Positions 63,346 through 64,000 of a DNA stretch of 64,000 bases are shown here, piece after piece (position 1 is the stretch's first letter; every line of letters begins with the position of its first letter). Both the position numbers and the translations under genes were made by a program. The notes under the pieces were generated by a model, which saw nothing but the letters and a program-made list of their open reading frames with translations, made no database searches and was not told where the DNA came from. The DNA comes from Hypanus sabinus (lineage: Eukaryota), in contig NC_082724.1 of the NCBI RefSeq assembly GCF_030144855.1, positions 48,360,001 to 48,424,000 on the forward strand. The letters run 5' to 3'.

Positions 63346-64000
63346 TGTTACGTTTTGTAACTCCAGAACATAAAGAAGTAGTCCAAAGTGCAAGTCTAAC
63401 TTCATTTTTTACTTTAACTGAGGTGTTTGTGTATGATGTGATGGTCTGATGATGTATGCTATTTTCTTACTTTTACAGATAACCCACAATGCATTATGAA
63501 AACAACAAGAATGCTTAATCAAAATATATATTTACAATATTACTCGAATATTACTGAAATATTAAATAACCAAAACTCCTTCCTGCATAACTATAAACTC
63601 CAACTCAATATATAATGCTCCTCATCTTATATAGTGCACTATATAATAGAACTACTACATAAACTTCCACAGCATGATAAATATTTACATTATCCCACCC
63701 AGGCCTAAAGATTTAGCTACTTCTTGTGGACTTCTTAATCTTGTAGAATAATACAGTTCCTGACAGGAAAGAATGATTGAAACAGCTGAACCAGTGTCTA
63801 ATTTAAATTTAATTAATTTGCTATTTACTTCTGGTAAAGCCATATTGCTTGTATATTGTTAGATTTATATTGTAAATCTCAAGGCTACGCAGTTCTGTGT
63901 CACTCTCATCCGATTTTTCATCGACAGTTTGCATGTTAATGCTTTTTTAAAAATCGAAACTTAGCTTTTTATCTTTTTCTCTACTCTGTGCAGTCTATTT
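63346..64000 (-). mobile_element. Internally deleted Gypsy element (3' LTR, PPT, protease remnant); runs off the window
   Basis: LTR 63346-~63575; purine tract gcaggaaggagt on the minus strand; protease motif KLIKFKLDTGSAVSII at ~63772-63820. Confidence 0.78.

Overview
This is vertebrate nuclear DNA, very probably from a cartilaginous fish (ray or shark). The inference rests on HE1/V-SINE-type SINEs, a SacSINE1-like head and dense CR1/Rex-Babar/Penelope content. No host protein-coding gene can be recognised: the window looks intronic or intergenic and is dominated by nested, mostly decayed transposable elements. These include CR1, Rex1/Babar, L1, Tx1-like, Nimb/I-like and RTE-derived non-LTR elements; two 5'-truncated Penelope-like (RT + GIY-YIG) copies; a decayed Gypsy provirus and several solo LTRs; and Tc1, Tigger/pogo, hAT-Charlie and Harbinger DNA elements. 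There is a 160-N assembly gap. Most listed ORFs are TE fragments or chance ORFs. Most notable signals: (1) about 10 dispersed copies of a Penelope terminal repeat carrying a minimal type-I hammerhead ribozyme, several as inverted doublets; (2) an HDV-ribozyme-like pseudoknot at the head of an RTE-derived short element; (3) a MITE closely resembling mammalian MER2, fused to another Tigger element; (4) a ~100-bp inverted, junction-spanning duplication in a Nimb-like LINE; (5) several clean multi-level nested insertions with readable TSDs. Family assignments come from motif recognition by eye and recalled consensus sequences, not database searches. Boundaries of degenerate copies are approximate.
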